DNA of 64,000 nucleotides from Albugo candida (Eukaryota): NCBI GenBank assembly GCA_040437565.1, contig JBDOQK010000031.1, positions 310,001 to 374,000 of the forward strand, read 5' to 3'. Shown piece by piece: positions 12,438 to 23,665 of this stretch (position 1 is its first letter; each line of letters starts with the position of its first letter). The notes under the pieces were generated by a model. It saw only the letters and a program-made list of their open reading frames with translations, ran no database searches and was not told where the DNA came from. The position numbers and the translations under genes were made by a program.

Positions 12438-12783
12438 TTATATCTTAAAAACTTTCTTTGCTGGCCACAAATGTAATTTACACGATACTTGGTTGGGAAA
12501 AGCGATTCACACTGAGCCATATCTCTACTGGAGTTGCAATGGAATAAAGGTTCTCAACGTGAGCGATTGGTTTCAAGTCCTCGGCCCTTTCAATGTAAAT
12601 GTAAAATTAGATGTTTGGTGCGAGTCAGCAAGGGATCGGACCATTTTCTCGAAAGGAGCTTACTAACAGTGTCTTCTAGAGATTCAACTAGTCACCTGCC
12701 AGTCAGTTCCTTGGGTTTGCCATAGATTAAACCTTCCACACTGCATTGTACTAATCAGCAACAAAAAACACCACATTTTATGT

Positions 12784-13673
12784 TTATTGTCGCTGTGACT
12801 TGACGTATGTTAGACTAATTCCAGTAAAATTATGTAGTGGCGAAGTTGTCGTTTGTATCTCTGCATCCATTTCGAACACAATACCTAGAGGAGATTTTAA
12901 TTGCACATCTATCAAGTTGCCATTTTCTGCCGAGTTGGATGCACTGCGATACTTCATGTCTCGTATAGAATGAGTGGGCGATTTTGTCACTCTTTTCTTT
13001 TCTGTTTGCGTGGACCTAAACTTGACGGCTATCAGTGACTTTAAAGCGGCGCTAGATTCCGAATGTGACGTAGAAACATGAGCTAACCCGCGTAAACCAT
13101 GTAGGGAACTCATGTATGCATCGCTCCAGGCGAATGATTCTGCATACCCTAAGGTGCTTTCCGAGAATCGAACCCCTTGTGGACCATATTTAGCAAGTGC
13201 AAAAGAGTAAGTCTCAGACCAATTTTCTACTTTTCGCATCCTTTACTCGCTAAATCCATCGTTTTGGATTATGAATGCAGTTGCGTTAGCCTCGCTACNN
13301 NNNNNNNNNNNNNNNNNNNNNNNNNNNNNNNNNNNNNNNNNNNNNNNNNNNNNNNNNNNNNNNNNNNNNNNNNNNNNNNNNNNNNNNNNNNNNNNNNNAT
13401 AGAATGAGTGGGCGATTTTGTCACTCTTTTCTTTTCTGTTTGCGTGGACCTAAACTTGACGGCTATCAGTGACTTTAAAGCGGCGCTAGATTCCGAATGT
13501 GACGTAGAAACATGAGCTAACCCGCGTAAACCATGTAGGGAACTCATGTATGCATCGCTCCAGGCGAATGATTCTGCATACCCTAAGGTGCTTTCCGAGA
13601 ATCGAACCCCTTGTGGACCATATTTAGCAAGTGCAAAAGAGTAAGTCTCAGACCAATTTTCTACTTTTCGCAT
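12784..13673 (-). CDS. Hypothetical protein or degenerate gene (repeated across the gap)
   Basis: 151-aa ORF once the overlap at gap 13299-13398 is collapsed. In-frame TAA just upstream; no recognisable domain. Confidence 0.3.
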
Positions 13674-14217
13674 CCTTTACTCGCTAAATCCATCGTTTTG
13701 GATTATGAATGCAGTTGCGTTAGCCTCGCTACTCAAAGTTCTTTACATCTCCGCAACTGCCGATCATCTTGGTGGTGAAGAATCGCTTGGATCTTAAGGA
13801 TACTAAAACTGTACTCGCCTAAAAAATTACCATCATACAAGATCATCCGAGTCAATGTGGCTGGTGTTTATGCACGACTGCGTCTCTAGAGTATTTTAAT
13901 GTGCAGCCGAATGCTGCAAAAGCTGAAATTGCATCACCATTGACGTCGCATACGAGTATGAAGGCTCCATCAAGATTACTAAGTCAGACTTCGGTGTGTT
14001 GTACCATTAGCCATCATCTCTAGTTTCACGTAAGATGCAAGCGCTAGCTCTAGTAACACATATCTTAGCCGTCTATCCAACAATTCAAAGGACGGCAAGG
14101 CATTTAAATAAGTCGTTTCGCTGCACAAGTGCGTACACAAATTGTCGTATCTTTTCGCCAATTAGAATTGAATCTGAGAATCTCAGCCAATCCGTGCATC
14201 ATAAAGCTCCTCTTGAA

Positions 14218-15527
14218 ATGCTGAAACCCGCAGTAGTAACAGAGAACATTGCGAAACGCAATCAGTCCAAATACGATTTCGTCAAAGTTCGAGTATGGGT
14301 CGAGGATCATGTTTATGTTCTTTCCAGGTATTTGGTCTGTAGGGCTCTAGTCAGCACCAAAGTAAGAGACGAATACCCTACAGAGCGAGACCTATTTCGT
14401 TCCCCGCTTAGATCAACGCAAAGGATGCAGTACAAATATCTTTGGACCTCAAAAGAGTACACTTTTGCGCTATTATGCAAAGTTCTAATAAAGTAAACAA
14501 TCTTTTGCAGACGTTGGTGGACCTTGAACTAAGAGACATTATGCAAGTATGCGGATGCTCCATTTTTGCCTGATCGTATTTGAATGACCAACTGGCTTTC
14601 AGGAAGAATTTGAGGATTTTCTTTACAAGACGATGATCGTTTTCGGTTACGGTGAAGCACACATTGCCCGATACCGAATGATGACAACGTACAATTTTTA
14701 TAACACAATACAACAAGCGAGAAACAGTCATTTGCATGTAGATTCCATCGAACCCGTGTACCACTACTCATTATCATGGCAGGAACGGCATGTATTAGCA
14801 AGTCGACTCTCGCGACAAAGGTACAATTGATTTGGCAAAAAAAAATCAAATTAAGTGGATCTATCATAATAAGCTCGCAGACCGCCTCAATCTGTCCAGC
14901 GTACTACAGACGGATTTGATTTTCGAACTTATGTGCAACTTCTCCGGGTAGATAAGTAGATAGATACATTCACCCACACTACGCAGTCTTCCTATGAATA
15001 TCTTCCGTAGACGATCACAAACGCTGTATACAGATACCAAATTCCCGCACAGCGATGCGATGCTTGAGGAGTACACTAAAGATTGCGAAATTGTGCGAAA
15101 AGGAGTTCAATCGGATATCGACAAGTGCCTAAAGGAAGGTAAATCTCTCATCATTGAGGGGTTCCACATCGATCCACGGCTGTACCATCAAGAGATTCAG
15201 ACTCAAGCGATGGATTTGATCAACAAAGCTGGTTGTTCTGGCATCGTCCTCCCATTTCTTCTAACATTGGATGAGAAAAACCATGCTGAATTTTTACACA
15301 ACTCGCCGGATCCACGATATCATTCCAGTAACGCGTCAGACGGATTTGAGAATTTACGTAATGTACAAAGCTATTTGATCGATCAAGTTAATGGTCTGCC
15401 TTCAAAATCCTTCACAGAAATTCCGGTCAATCTGCATTCATTTCACGAGACGCTGGATATTATGCATGACATTGTGCTTGATAAAATCAATGAGGTGTAC
15501 AAAATGAACAACGGAAATTTAATTTGA
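14218..15527 (+). CDS. 2-phosphoglycerate kinase-like P-loop NTPase (plant LPA1-like family), multi-exon
   Basis: SKYDFVKVRVW...YVLSRYL, spliced FHRTRVPLLIIMAGTACISKSTLATKLADRLNLSSVLQTD, and DIDKCLKEGKSLIIEGFHIDP are characteristic of this family. Confidence 0.85.
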
Positions 15528-15566
15528 ATGTGATGATATCAGACCCGTTGCGCTATCATACATTTC

Positions 15567-17915
15567 TCAGCCCAAAAGAGGCTGCACAATATCTTCATCA
15601 GTGCTCGACTGCTCCAAAACACTTTTCCGACATGTACACTTTTTCATAAGAGGCTGATAGTACAACTCGCTAGCGACTTCGGTTGAGAAGTATGGTCTCG
15701 AATGGTCGAGCTTCAAGCTTTCGATCAAGGGTAAATGCCTTCCAAGTGGTTCATACAATTTCGTCATATAATGACGATACACCAAGATGATAATCAACAA
15801 CGCAAAGACAAACAGAAACGGAAGCACAGCGCGCTTTAGCGATAGCAATCCAAGTAGAGTGAGCTGCGATACAACCAGAGCTATAATGGTGAAACGAAAC
15901 AAGTGAGGCCAGAACTCGCCAGTCGATACCTTGGACGTCCTATAAAGATACAAACCTTGCTGTTGATACACAAGCTTGGCGATAGTAAAATAGCATCCTG
16001 TCACATAACACACCACGGGAGCGATTATTGCAAAGGTAAAGCTGACCAACATCACCAGGTAACAATCGGCCATTGCTCGTGTCGGATCGAAAATAGCTCC
16101 GTGTTCTGATTCCTGGGCTCGGGAACTGGCGCCACACTTGCAGAATTTTCGAAATAATGATAAGTAGAGTTTTTCGACACAAAGTAGTTCCATTGTGAGA
16201 TCAAGTCCGATCAAGGTGATAACGTATGACATGAAAAACGTGGATTGGTGAGGCACGCTTTTACCCAGCATCGAAATGAGTTGCTTAGGGGAATCGATGA
16301 TCATCAGCAAACTGTCCAAAACAGTTCCAACAATGACAGTGACGAAAAATGTCTGGAGGAGCTGGAAATAGGCAAGTTTTTTGAACATCGAAGCTCGAGT
16401 TTGCGTGTTGGAAGGATGGCCCTCCCGACCCGACAAAAACTTGAAGAGAGCATTTGCAAGAGCTTTTAAAAGCAGAAGTGCCAGGGGGGATAGCTGTTTC
16501 ATCAAGCTTTGGAGAAGCGGATATGCTTTGAAAGCCCGGTCAAGAAATGGTACGGATCGTCGTATCGAATCGATAGTCGCTAATGAAGCGACAAACGCGG
16601 TCGGAACTGTCCAAAATAAAACCAAGGTTGCAGTGACCATGGTTGACACCAGCATCCAAACTTGGCGCGTTTGGAAGCCTACACCAATGTTGTTCCAATT
16701 AATGTCATCAAAGTGCGGAGCCGCCACAATCTTCATGCCGCCAGGTTGGTTGGACTGCAAAGACTGCTGTGATAGATGGCACGCTGTCAACGAAGAAAAC
16801 GTGACAAAAGCCGACGTGGACCTCATTGTGATCTCGGTTGATTTGTCATGTGCTGGCCTCCATTCTTGACTGAATGTAGACATACACCTATCTGTGTGCA
16901 AAGCTTCATGCTGACGTACGCTGTCGCCAAGGTATCCTAATGGGCTTGTTGAGTGTAACATGGAAGATATATCATGACCTGGTTTGGCTGCCGAGTATGA
17001 TCCCTTCCTCACATATGTCGCCGCCTTGTCATCTACTTTAGCTTTCTCAAGACGATGTAATTCTTTCGAGATTGTTCTACATAGTCGCCGTGATTTCTCA
17101 TATAAGTCTCCGATAGATTGAGAATTGCGGCATTTTGCGACGGAAGGGCAACAGGCAAATTCTATTAATCGAGATTGTTTCGCCGGATGATCGTACTCGC
17201 AATCGAGCTGAGCCGCTTCCAACTCTTGCTGTATTTTTTGTTGTTCCTCAATAAGTATGTCGAGCTTGCGACCATCCAGAACGATGTGAGCCCTTGATAT
17301 TACGTTGGGAAAAAGCTCTGAGAAATACGAAATCAATGCCTTCTCATTAAGCAAATCCTGTGGAATATCTTGGAGCAAGACTGTGTACTGCGCAGGAGAA
17401 TTGACTGAGAGCGCTCGATGACGTCGACGTAGATAAACAATGTATTCTTCACGGAGCAAATACATCATAAACCCACACAGAATGTAGGAGGCGATTACAC
17501 ACGCCCACAGGCGAGAGTCGTTCATTCGCATGCTTGCTAATGTGAGCTTTGTGAGCGGATCCACAGTATCCGAATGGTGCACTGATGTTGCGTATAGTGG
17601 AAACAAGACCAACGAAAGCAGTATCGTCAAAAATGAGAATTTCCTACCGAGTTGCAAGTAGCGAAAGTAAGTGACGACATCAAAGCCACAGATATCCATC
17701 CATTCCGATTCAGAAACAGAGTACACAATTGGAATCCATCCAAAAATGCGGTCATGTTGTGCTTCGGAGTAAAGGACCCGACCTCGATCCTTCCTATTGT
17801 GTTGCAAGCGAGTGCGTGCTACTTCGAAGAGAACAAAGCCGATACACAGCAAAGGACCGTAAATACTTAGACTGTTTTGAATCGTTTTGCTCGGGTGACT
17901 GTCATACTCGTCCAT
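15567..17915 (-). CDS. OSCA/CSC1/TMEM63 (ERD4-like) calcium-permeable mechanosensitive channel
   Basis: Motifs GFDVVTYFRYL, YTVLLQDIP, SAFVTF, AAPHFDDINWNN, LGKSVPHQSTFFMSYV, GEFWP; about 11 TM helices. Likely start MDEYD at 17915. Confidence 0.92.
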   Translation of the reverse strand: MDEYDSHPSKTIQNSLSIYGPLLCIGFVLFEVARTRLQHNRKDRGRVLYSEAQHDRIFGWIPIVYSVSESEWMDICGFDVVTYFRYLQLGRKFSFLTILLSLVLFPLYATSVHHSDTVDPLTKLTLASMRMNDSRLWACVIASYILCGFMMYLLREEYIVYLRRRHRALSVNSPAQYTVLLQDIPQDLLNEKALISYFSELFPNVISRAHIVLDGRKLDILIEEQQKIQQELEAAQLDCEYDHPAKQSRLIEFACCPSVAKCRNSQSIGDLYEKSRRLCRTISKELHRLEKAKVDDKAATYVRKGSYSAAKPGHDISSMLHSTSPLGYLGDSVRQHEALHTDRCMSTFSQEWRPAHDKSTEITMRSTSAFVTFSSLTACHLSQQSLQSNQPGGMKIVAAPHFDDINWNNIGVGFQTRQVWMLVSTMVTATLVLFWTVPTAFVASLATIDSIRRSVPFLDRAFKAYPLLQSLMKQLSPLALLLLKALANALFKFLSGREGHPSNTQTRASMFKKLAYFQLLQTFFVTVIVGTVLDSLLMIIDSPKQLISMLGKSVPHQSTFFMSYVITLIGLDLTMELLCVEKLYLSLFRKFCKCGASSRAQESEHGAIFDPTRAMADCYLVMLVSFTFAIIAPVVCYVTGCYFTIAKLVYQQQGLYLYRTSKVSTGEFWPHLFRFTIIALVVSQLTLLGLLSLKRAVLPFLFVFALLIIILVYRHYMTKLYEPLGRHLPLIESLKLDHSRPYFSTEVASELYYQPLMKKCTCRKSVLEQSSTDEDIVQPLLG

Positions 17916-18006
17916 TCTGAATGCAAAAATCGTCCAGTCGCGACCAATGATTATTACAAGGGGCTCTATGATTATATAAGCTGTATTACGAGTTTTGGCA
18001 CCTCTA

Positions 18007-20421
18007 TCAATGCAGCCTATCTGTACTATCACGTGCAAGCATAGAATGGCGCACGGATAGCCATAGCGGTCTGCACCACGAAAGAACAGCGCGTTCAAGA
18101 AAATCCTGCAAAGTTGATAATATCGGAGCTGATACACTTGTGGGAAGAATAATGTATAGCATTCGATGCATGCGATAGAACTGAGTTGGAATCCAGTCTC
18201 GTTTCAGCAACGTAGAATTATTCGAAAGAGAATAATGATCACCGTAATTGCTGCACAATATGCCGTTCACGAAGAATGTTCCCGTCATTGTGTACGCAGT
18301 AAATGCGCCCAAGGAATCGATGATCTCAATTTTTGATATGACCACCAACTTGAGCTGATTGGAGGTGATCAATTGTGTTCCAATACGCAACTCGCTCGCG
18401 GGAACCTGCCTCACTCGCGTGGATGGATCTTTCTCAGCGACATAAATCAAGTGATCTGAAGTAAGTTCCAAGTACTAAAGCATCTTAGGTCAGCAAATCG
18501 GGCTTAGACGATGCAAAAATCGTACCGTCAGGCCTTCAAAGAAGACCCGCAAGAATCTCGTCTTTGATTGCATCCAGTTTGTGTGCGGAAGGAGATACAC
18601 TGAAGAATACACGATATCGCCCTGCTCATTGAGTGCAAGCACACGGTGACCAAAGGCGATATCACGCATCAGGATGTCAGAACCATTCTCCAGTCGAAGT
18701 GTAGCCGTTTCAGAGAAACAATTCGCTACAAATTTCATAAGAGACTTTTGTCCGATAAAGAAACACTCAAACCTGTGGAACGAGCCTCAAGGGTATCAAA
18801 AGCCTCACAGAACGGACCACTTCTGTCTCGATTGCACAAGCAGCTACCTCCGTGTACACAGGCTCCTTCATTGGAGCAAATGACTCCATTTTGCTCGCAC
18901 AACACTGGCGTAGTTAGCGATGACTTTTTTTGTAGTAGTCACTTACGGGTATCGCTGCTGATAAACACGTCGTTTGTCTTCTCACTTCCCGCACTTCCTG
19001 CGATGAGTAAGAGAGCTGGAACGACGTCTGTACTCACAAAACGATCGTAGACTTCCGTCCCTGGACAAATATCACAGCCATCAGGATACAACGTGACCTT
19101 GGAAATGCTGTTCTGCCGCTCTACAGTCGCATCGTACGGCTGCTCTGGTTGTCCTTGATCATCACAAATTGGAATGATCTGCCCACTTAAGCTGGTTGTA
19201 TTGTCAATGGTTCTGCATGTCGAGTTACAGCGATACGATTTTTTTACAGATCTCCAGAACGGGATTACAGAATGACCCCACTTCCCCACACACACTTGCT
19301 GATTGTCGCGGGTCACTATACTCCATTCGGCTGTAGACATCCCACTCACATCCGAGCTTGCAGCCGTCCAATTCTGACCGTCTCGTGTAAACCAAATGTC
19401 CGTGTATGTATGCATCTGATTGATGCCATCGCCAGTGATACTTCCTCCAATTAGCCACAGACGTGGTCCGTATAAAATGTCGGATGGAGTCTGAGATTCG
19501 AAAGATACGATCGAGTGCCATGCTCGTGGACTCCAAGCAGAGGTTCCCTGCATTTGCACCCAGCTTCCACTCGTATCCATTCGCCAGACGTCATCTAACG
19601 CTGTTCCATCCCATCCTCCCACTACAAACAAATACTGGCTAGCTACGTTGTGATCTGAGGCGTTGATTTGGCGATGAGCGGCACAAGCGTGAGCCACTCT
19701 CGGTTTCCAGGGAACCTGTTTCTGCTGAATCCATTTTCCATTCACCAGTGAGTCTGTCGACCATACTTCGTTTGTGACTGGACTTCCGCCGATGACCCAA
19801 AGCCTTCCATTATACTCTACCGAGCAATGCCAACCACGACCTGACCATGGAGCTTTCTCGTTCGGCTGTACCCATAATTCTTCTCCAAACGCAAATGTTT
19901 AGAGTGTGTTTGATGGCTCAACGCGCTTACCTCCATCGAGTGTCATCCAGATATCATTACTTGGTGCGGGTGTGAAGCCGCCCATCAAAACTAACCACGT
20001 TCGGGTATCATGAGCATCGTAGAAAGCTGTTAGGGAGTGCCCATAACGCCGCCGAAAGGGAGCCTCCTCTAGAATCTCCGTCCACACCGCACCATCCTCC
20101 GTGAACCAAACGTCTGAGCGCAAAGTGGTTTTCTCGAGTTGTTTTGTATGGTAGGCTGCCGACGAACCTCCCACCATATAAATTCTCGAGCCAAAACGTG
20201 CGGCTGCGTGGGCTACAGATCGTATGAGGAGCCATATTCGAGTGACTGAGCACACACTTACAATCACGTGAGAATGAAAGACTTGAGCTTCTTTTCCATC
20301 GTGCAAATGCATTTTCACGCGTGGAATCCGAGTCGCAAGGAACCGGTAGAGCAGACAAGTTGTACGGAAGATACACGATACAAAGGAGACAGCTTCTCCA
20401 TCGGTGGCTCTTGCGAGACAT
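18007..20421 (-). CDS. Secreted Kelch-repeat / EGF / Hint (Hog) autoprocessing-domain protein, about 725 aa, 6 exons
   Basis: Predicted introns 20213-20261, ~19883-19930, 18905-18946, 18726-18772 and 18475-18525 are all GT-AG and keep frame. The product has a signal-like N-terminus, Kelch repeats (R..H....F...IYMVGG...DVW), EGF CSNEGACVHGGSCLCNRDRSGPFC and Hint CFSETATLRLENG...LELTSDH...GAFTAYTMTGTFFVNGILCSNY. Confidence 0.85.
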
Positions 20422-20906
20422 CGCTCGTGGTGTATCGACGCAGACAGGCGTAGGCATATGCGTCGTGAAGCAGAGGCCATACAGCTAGAGTGTCGTGCTG
20501 TATGCAGACTTGCAAATTGCTCATCAGTCTGCTCAAATGACAGTGTATTTGGGAAGGACAGGATACGCATGTACTGAACATTCAAACAGCCCAGAGAGTG
20601 GTGGCTAGAACAGTCTGTGAGAAAATCGAGTGTCAATGGCAACTGAGCATTGTTGATTCGCATGAAGATCCTTGAGCAATTGACCCGGAATTCAATTGAG
20701 AAGCAGCTGAATGTGAGCGGTAGAGAATGTCAACACGCAACATTACTGAGTATTGCAAACGCGGTGATTATCCCGTCCCTTTGAGTTTCTGTTGATTCCG
20801 TAATAAATGTCAAATCGATGATCACCAATTGCATCACACTGCCACGAAGTATATCATGGCACCTATCACTCTATGTCCATAGTCCGAATAAATTCGCTTC
20901 TCGGCC

Positions 20907-22222
20907 TTATCTAGATTGATTGGATGGAGGAAGTGGTGGCTGCTGAAATGGAATGGAGGTGAAGTGAGGCTGGACCATTGATGTGGTGTATCGTGTCTGA
21001 GGATACGGATAAAACTGGATCGGATTATGGGCTGCATGTTGTCCCGGATGGTAATTTGCCTGTGGAGACATTGCGGGGTACATTCCTATCGGCTGATGGT
21101 TCACTGGAAAAGATGTATGTGCTTGACCGATAGTGGTCGGGCATTTTCTATGCGTCACTGTCTCTTGAAAGAATGTTTTTGGTCCTCCTTGGCATGCAAA
21201 GTTGCATTTCGTCGTGCGATTCTACAAGCCGGAGACCATTGTTAGGAACACGTCATACTTTCAGAATTGACCGAGTTACGTCAATAATTTTTTGAGGTTG
21301 TTGTATAGCTCGATCTGCCGAAGATTTGCATCGATACGTGACGAATCCGAATCCTTTGCTGTTTCCTGTTTTACGATCTCGTGCAATACTTGCTTCTTCT
21401 ATCTCACCATATTTCTCAAACTCGCATCGTAAAGTCTCATCTGCTGTATTCCATGCTAAACCTCGTACAAATAACTTGCGGTCCGATTCATCAAATCGAT
21501 TGGAAACCATAAGTTCCCGCTGGTCGACAGCGTACAGAGCTTTGGCGGAGTTATTTTCTGACATTCCATGTGGTTGAGATGAATCAGGTCGCATAGCCGC
21601 TAAATTGCACATTGTTTTCCTTCCCTACAGCAGCAATTTCATTAGTTATTGATACAGCGAGAGGCAGGCCACACAAAAAGCTTTCGGCACACATCAATCT
21701 CCACAATATGCTGATCCACAGCACATTGTGCTGCTTCCATCTCTGCAAAAGTCACAAAGCCGTAGCCTTTGGATTTCCCCGTAGATTTGTCAAAAATAAC
21801 AGCTCCTTCTTCAATGTCACCAAACCTTCCAAACGCATCTCTCAATGTCTCTGACGATGTTTCCCAGGCCAGACCTCGCACAAATACTTTGCGATGAACA
21901 GTATCCGCATTCGCTACAGTTCTTATCTCATTGTAAATTGTTTCGTATTGAGCAGCGCTGTGGTTTGAATGAAATGAAAACGCACACATATGGATCCGTC
22001 ACACAATATCGCATTATATACATACACAGAGATAAAATGCAGCCATTCGATTTGCTTCACATTTCTATTTTGTACGTACGCGCTAATCAGAATTGCAGTG
22101 AGTTGCTCGCGTGATAAAGAGCCCAACAAGTGATACAGTTTGGAGCTGTCTTCTATGTTCCATTGTTTCGCGCACGTAGACGCATCGAATCGCCGTTTTT
22201 TACGTGCTTCGCCGTGCGTCAT
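20907..22222 (-). CDS. Two-RRM RNA-binding protein, UBP1-associated protein 2 (UBA2)-like, multi-exon
   Basis: N-terminal LLGSLSREQL...EIRTVANADTVHRKVFVRGLAW, RNP1 motifs KGYGFVTF and KGFGFVTY, and a P/Q/Y-rich tail. Confidence 0.85.
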
Positions 22223-22627
22223 CGTCCAGTTTACTGTCAGCCAATCACTTCGTTGTGACTTTCCAATGCATACACAGGATCCTTGCACCAAGCACCACGC
22301 CTTTCGCTACAAACGTGCTTCTGCATAGGGAACCCTACACAAAGGTGATGCACATGCACTTTATACTGTCGACATAGCGGCACGTAGCCGTGTATTATGT
22401 ACTCTTTCCGCACAAGCCGCACGTACAGCTTCCAGCTGACTGAGATGGCGAATTTTTTACGGCTAAACAGGCGTGAAGGTAGCACTGTAAAACAATATTC
22501 GCTTTATTTCTCGGCCGACTCTGACACGAAAAATCATTTTTTTTCGAGAAGCGTTTGGACTTGCCAGAAAAAGCAAATTGAGCGCTTAATGTGTTTAGAA
22601 TTGAGCTGTTTTCGTATGGCACACTGT

Positions 22628-22972
22628 ATGGCAACACGAATGATTATAATGGAAAATACTGCGGAATTTGAAATGAAAAGAAGGGACCGAACATTTTCGC
22701 ACTCCATTCGGAAACCACGGAGCGCGTTGAAACAAGCTGAAAAATGCTCACCCGTCAAGCCAAAGGCGAAAAAGTTTGTTACATTTATAATTCGACCTCA
22801 AGTAGTTGGATACGCGGATCCACATGTTGATCGTCGTCCTATTTCTGTAGCGCCCATCTCGTATTTTGAATTAGTTTTGCTGCTTTCACAGCGCGTATTT
22901 CCTCCATCACTAGCAGCAGCATCCGGATCGTTAAAAATGGATCCAAAATTTGTCATCTCTGCGGAAGTGTAG
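22628..22972 (+). CDS. Small hypothetical protein with SILK-like and RVxF-like motifs
   Basis: RSALK...KKFVTF...VVGYADPHVDRRPISVAP. The start (22628 or 22649) is uncertain. Confidence 0.55.
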   Translation: MATRMIIMENTAEFEMKRRDRTFSHSIRKPRSALKQAEKCSPVKPKAKKFVTFIIRPQVVGYADPHVDRRPISVAPISYFELVLLLSQRVFPPSLAAASGSLKMDPKFVISAEV

Positions 22973-23092
22973 CCAACACAGCTGTCTACGCTAAACGCAA
23001 TATCTATGGAAAATACGTCGACGTGCAATACATCCCGCAAGAAGCCTCTCTTATTACAATATACGATTGAGTTTGCTCATATTTCGTGTCTA

Positions 23093-23578
23093 TCAATGTA
23101 TCAAACGTTTGTACGCAACATAGGCCGCCACCGCAAAGGCCGCCGATACACAACCCATGCCTCCAGTTTCTATGCAATGAGCATGATACGACTCCTCAGC
23201 TTTAAGTTTCTCTTCGATACACACAGAAAGAGCCCGGCCTTTCTTGTGTGTTGAGTTCAATTTCAGAAGCTGCTCACACCGTTTTTTACTTACTTCAAAA
23301 TCGCCAAGGTCATGATAAGCCTTGGCTATCCAGTAGAGCATTCTTGTCGCTTGTAATTCTGCTGTAGAAGATCTGCATCAATCGTAATCAGTGAGAAGTA
23401 AGACTACTGTTGTGCCTCTGACCTCGCATCACTCTGATTCGGCGCTTCGTTGCCCTTTCAACAGGGGACTTGATCAATGCTTTTGCATATTGAAATCGAT
23501 CCTATTGCACAACATTGGCCATTACGAACGTAGAAAAAAGGCAATAAGAACCTCTAGTGAAGGCGTATCTTCACTCAT
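23093..23578 (-). CDS. FIS1: Mitochondrial fission 1 (FIS1)-like TPR tail-anchored protein; possible 1-nt frameshift
   Basis: Spliced DRFQYAKALIKS...DLLQQNYKRQEC/LYWIAKAYHDLGDFEVSKKRCEQLLKL plus a C-terminal TM helix with a basic tail. The frame slips near 23340. Confidence 0.6.
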
Positions 23579-23665
23579 TCAAGCTCGTTCAAAAAAAAAT
23601 ATGTTTGAAACTCATCTTCACACTGAGTCTATATATTTCGTGTTTTTATGTCGCTTCAATCGTGA

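Noticed and set aside
17916-18137. N-terminal extension of the OSCA ORF overlapping the Hint gene
   Set aside because: Begins at a non-ATG codon in a different frame of the Hint tail; the ATG at 17915 gives a normal N-terminus.
19899-20663. 254-aa ORF as the N-terminus of the Kelch protein
   Set aside because: Its first half is not protein-like; splicing from ATG20421 gives a signal-like leader and completes the first Kelch motif.
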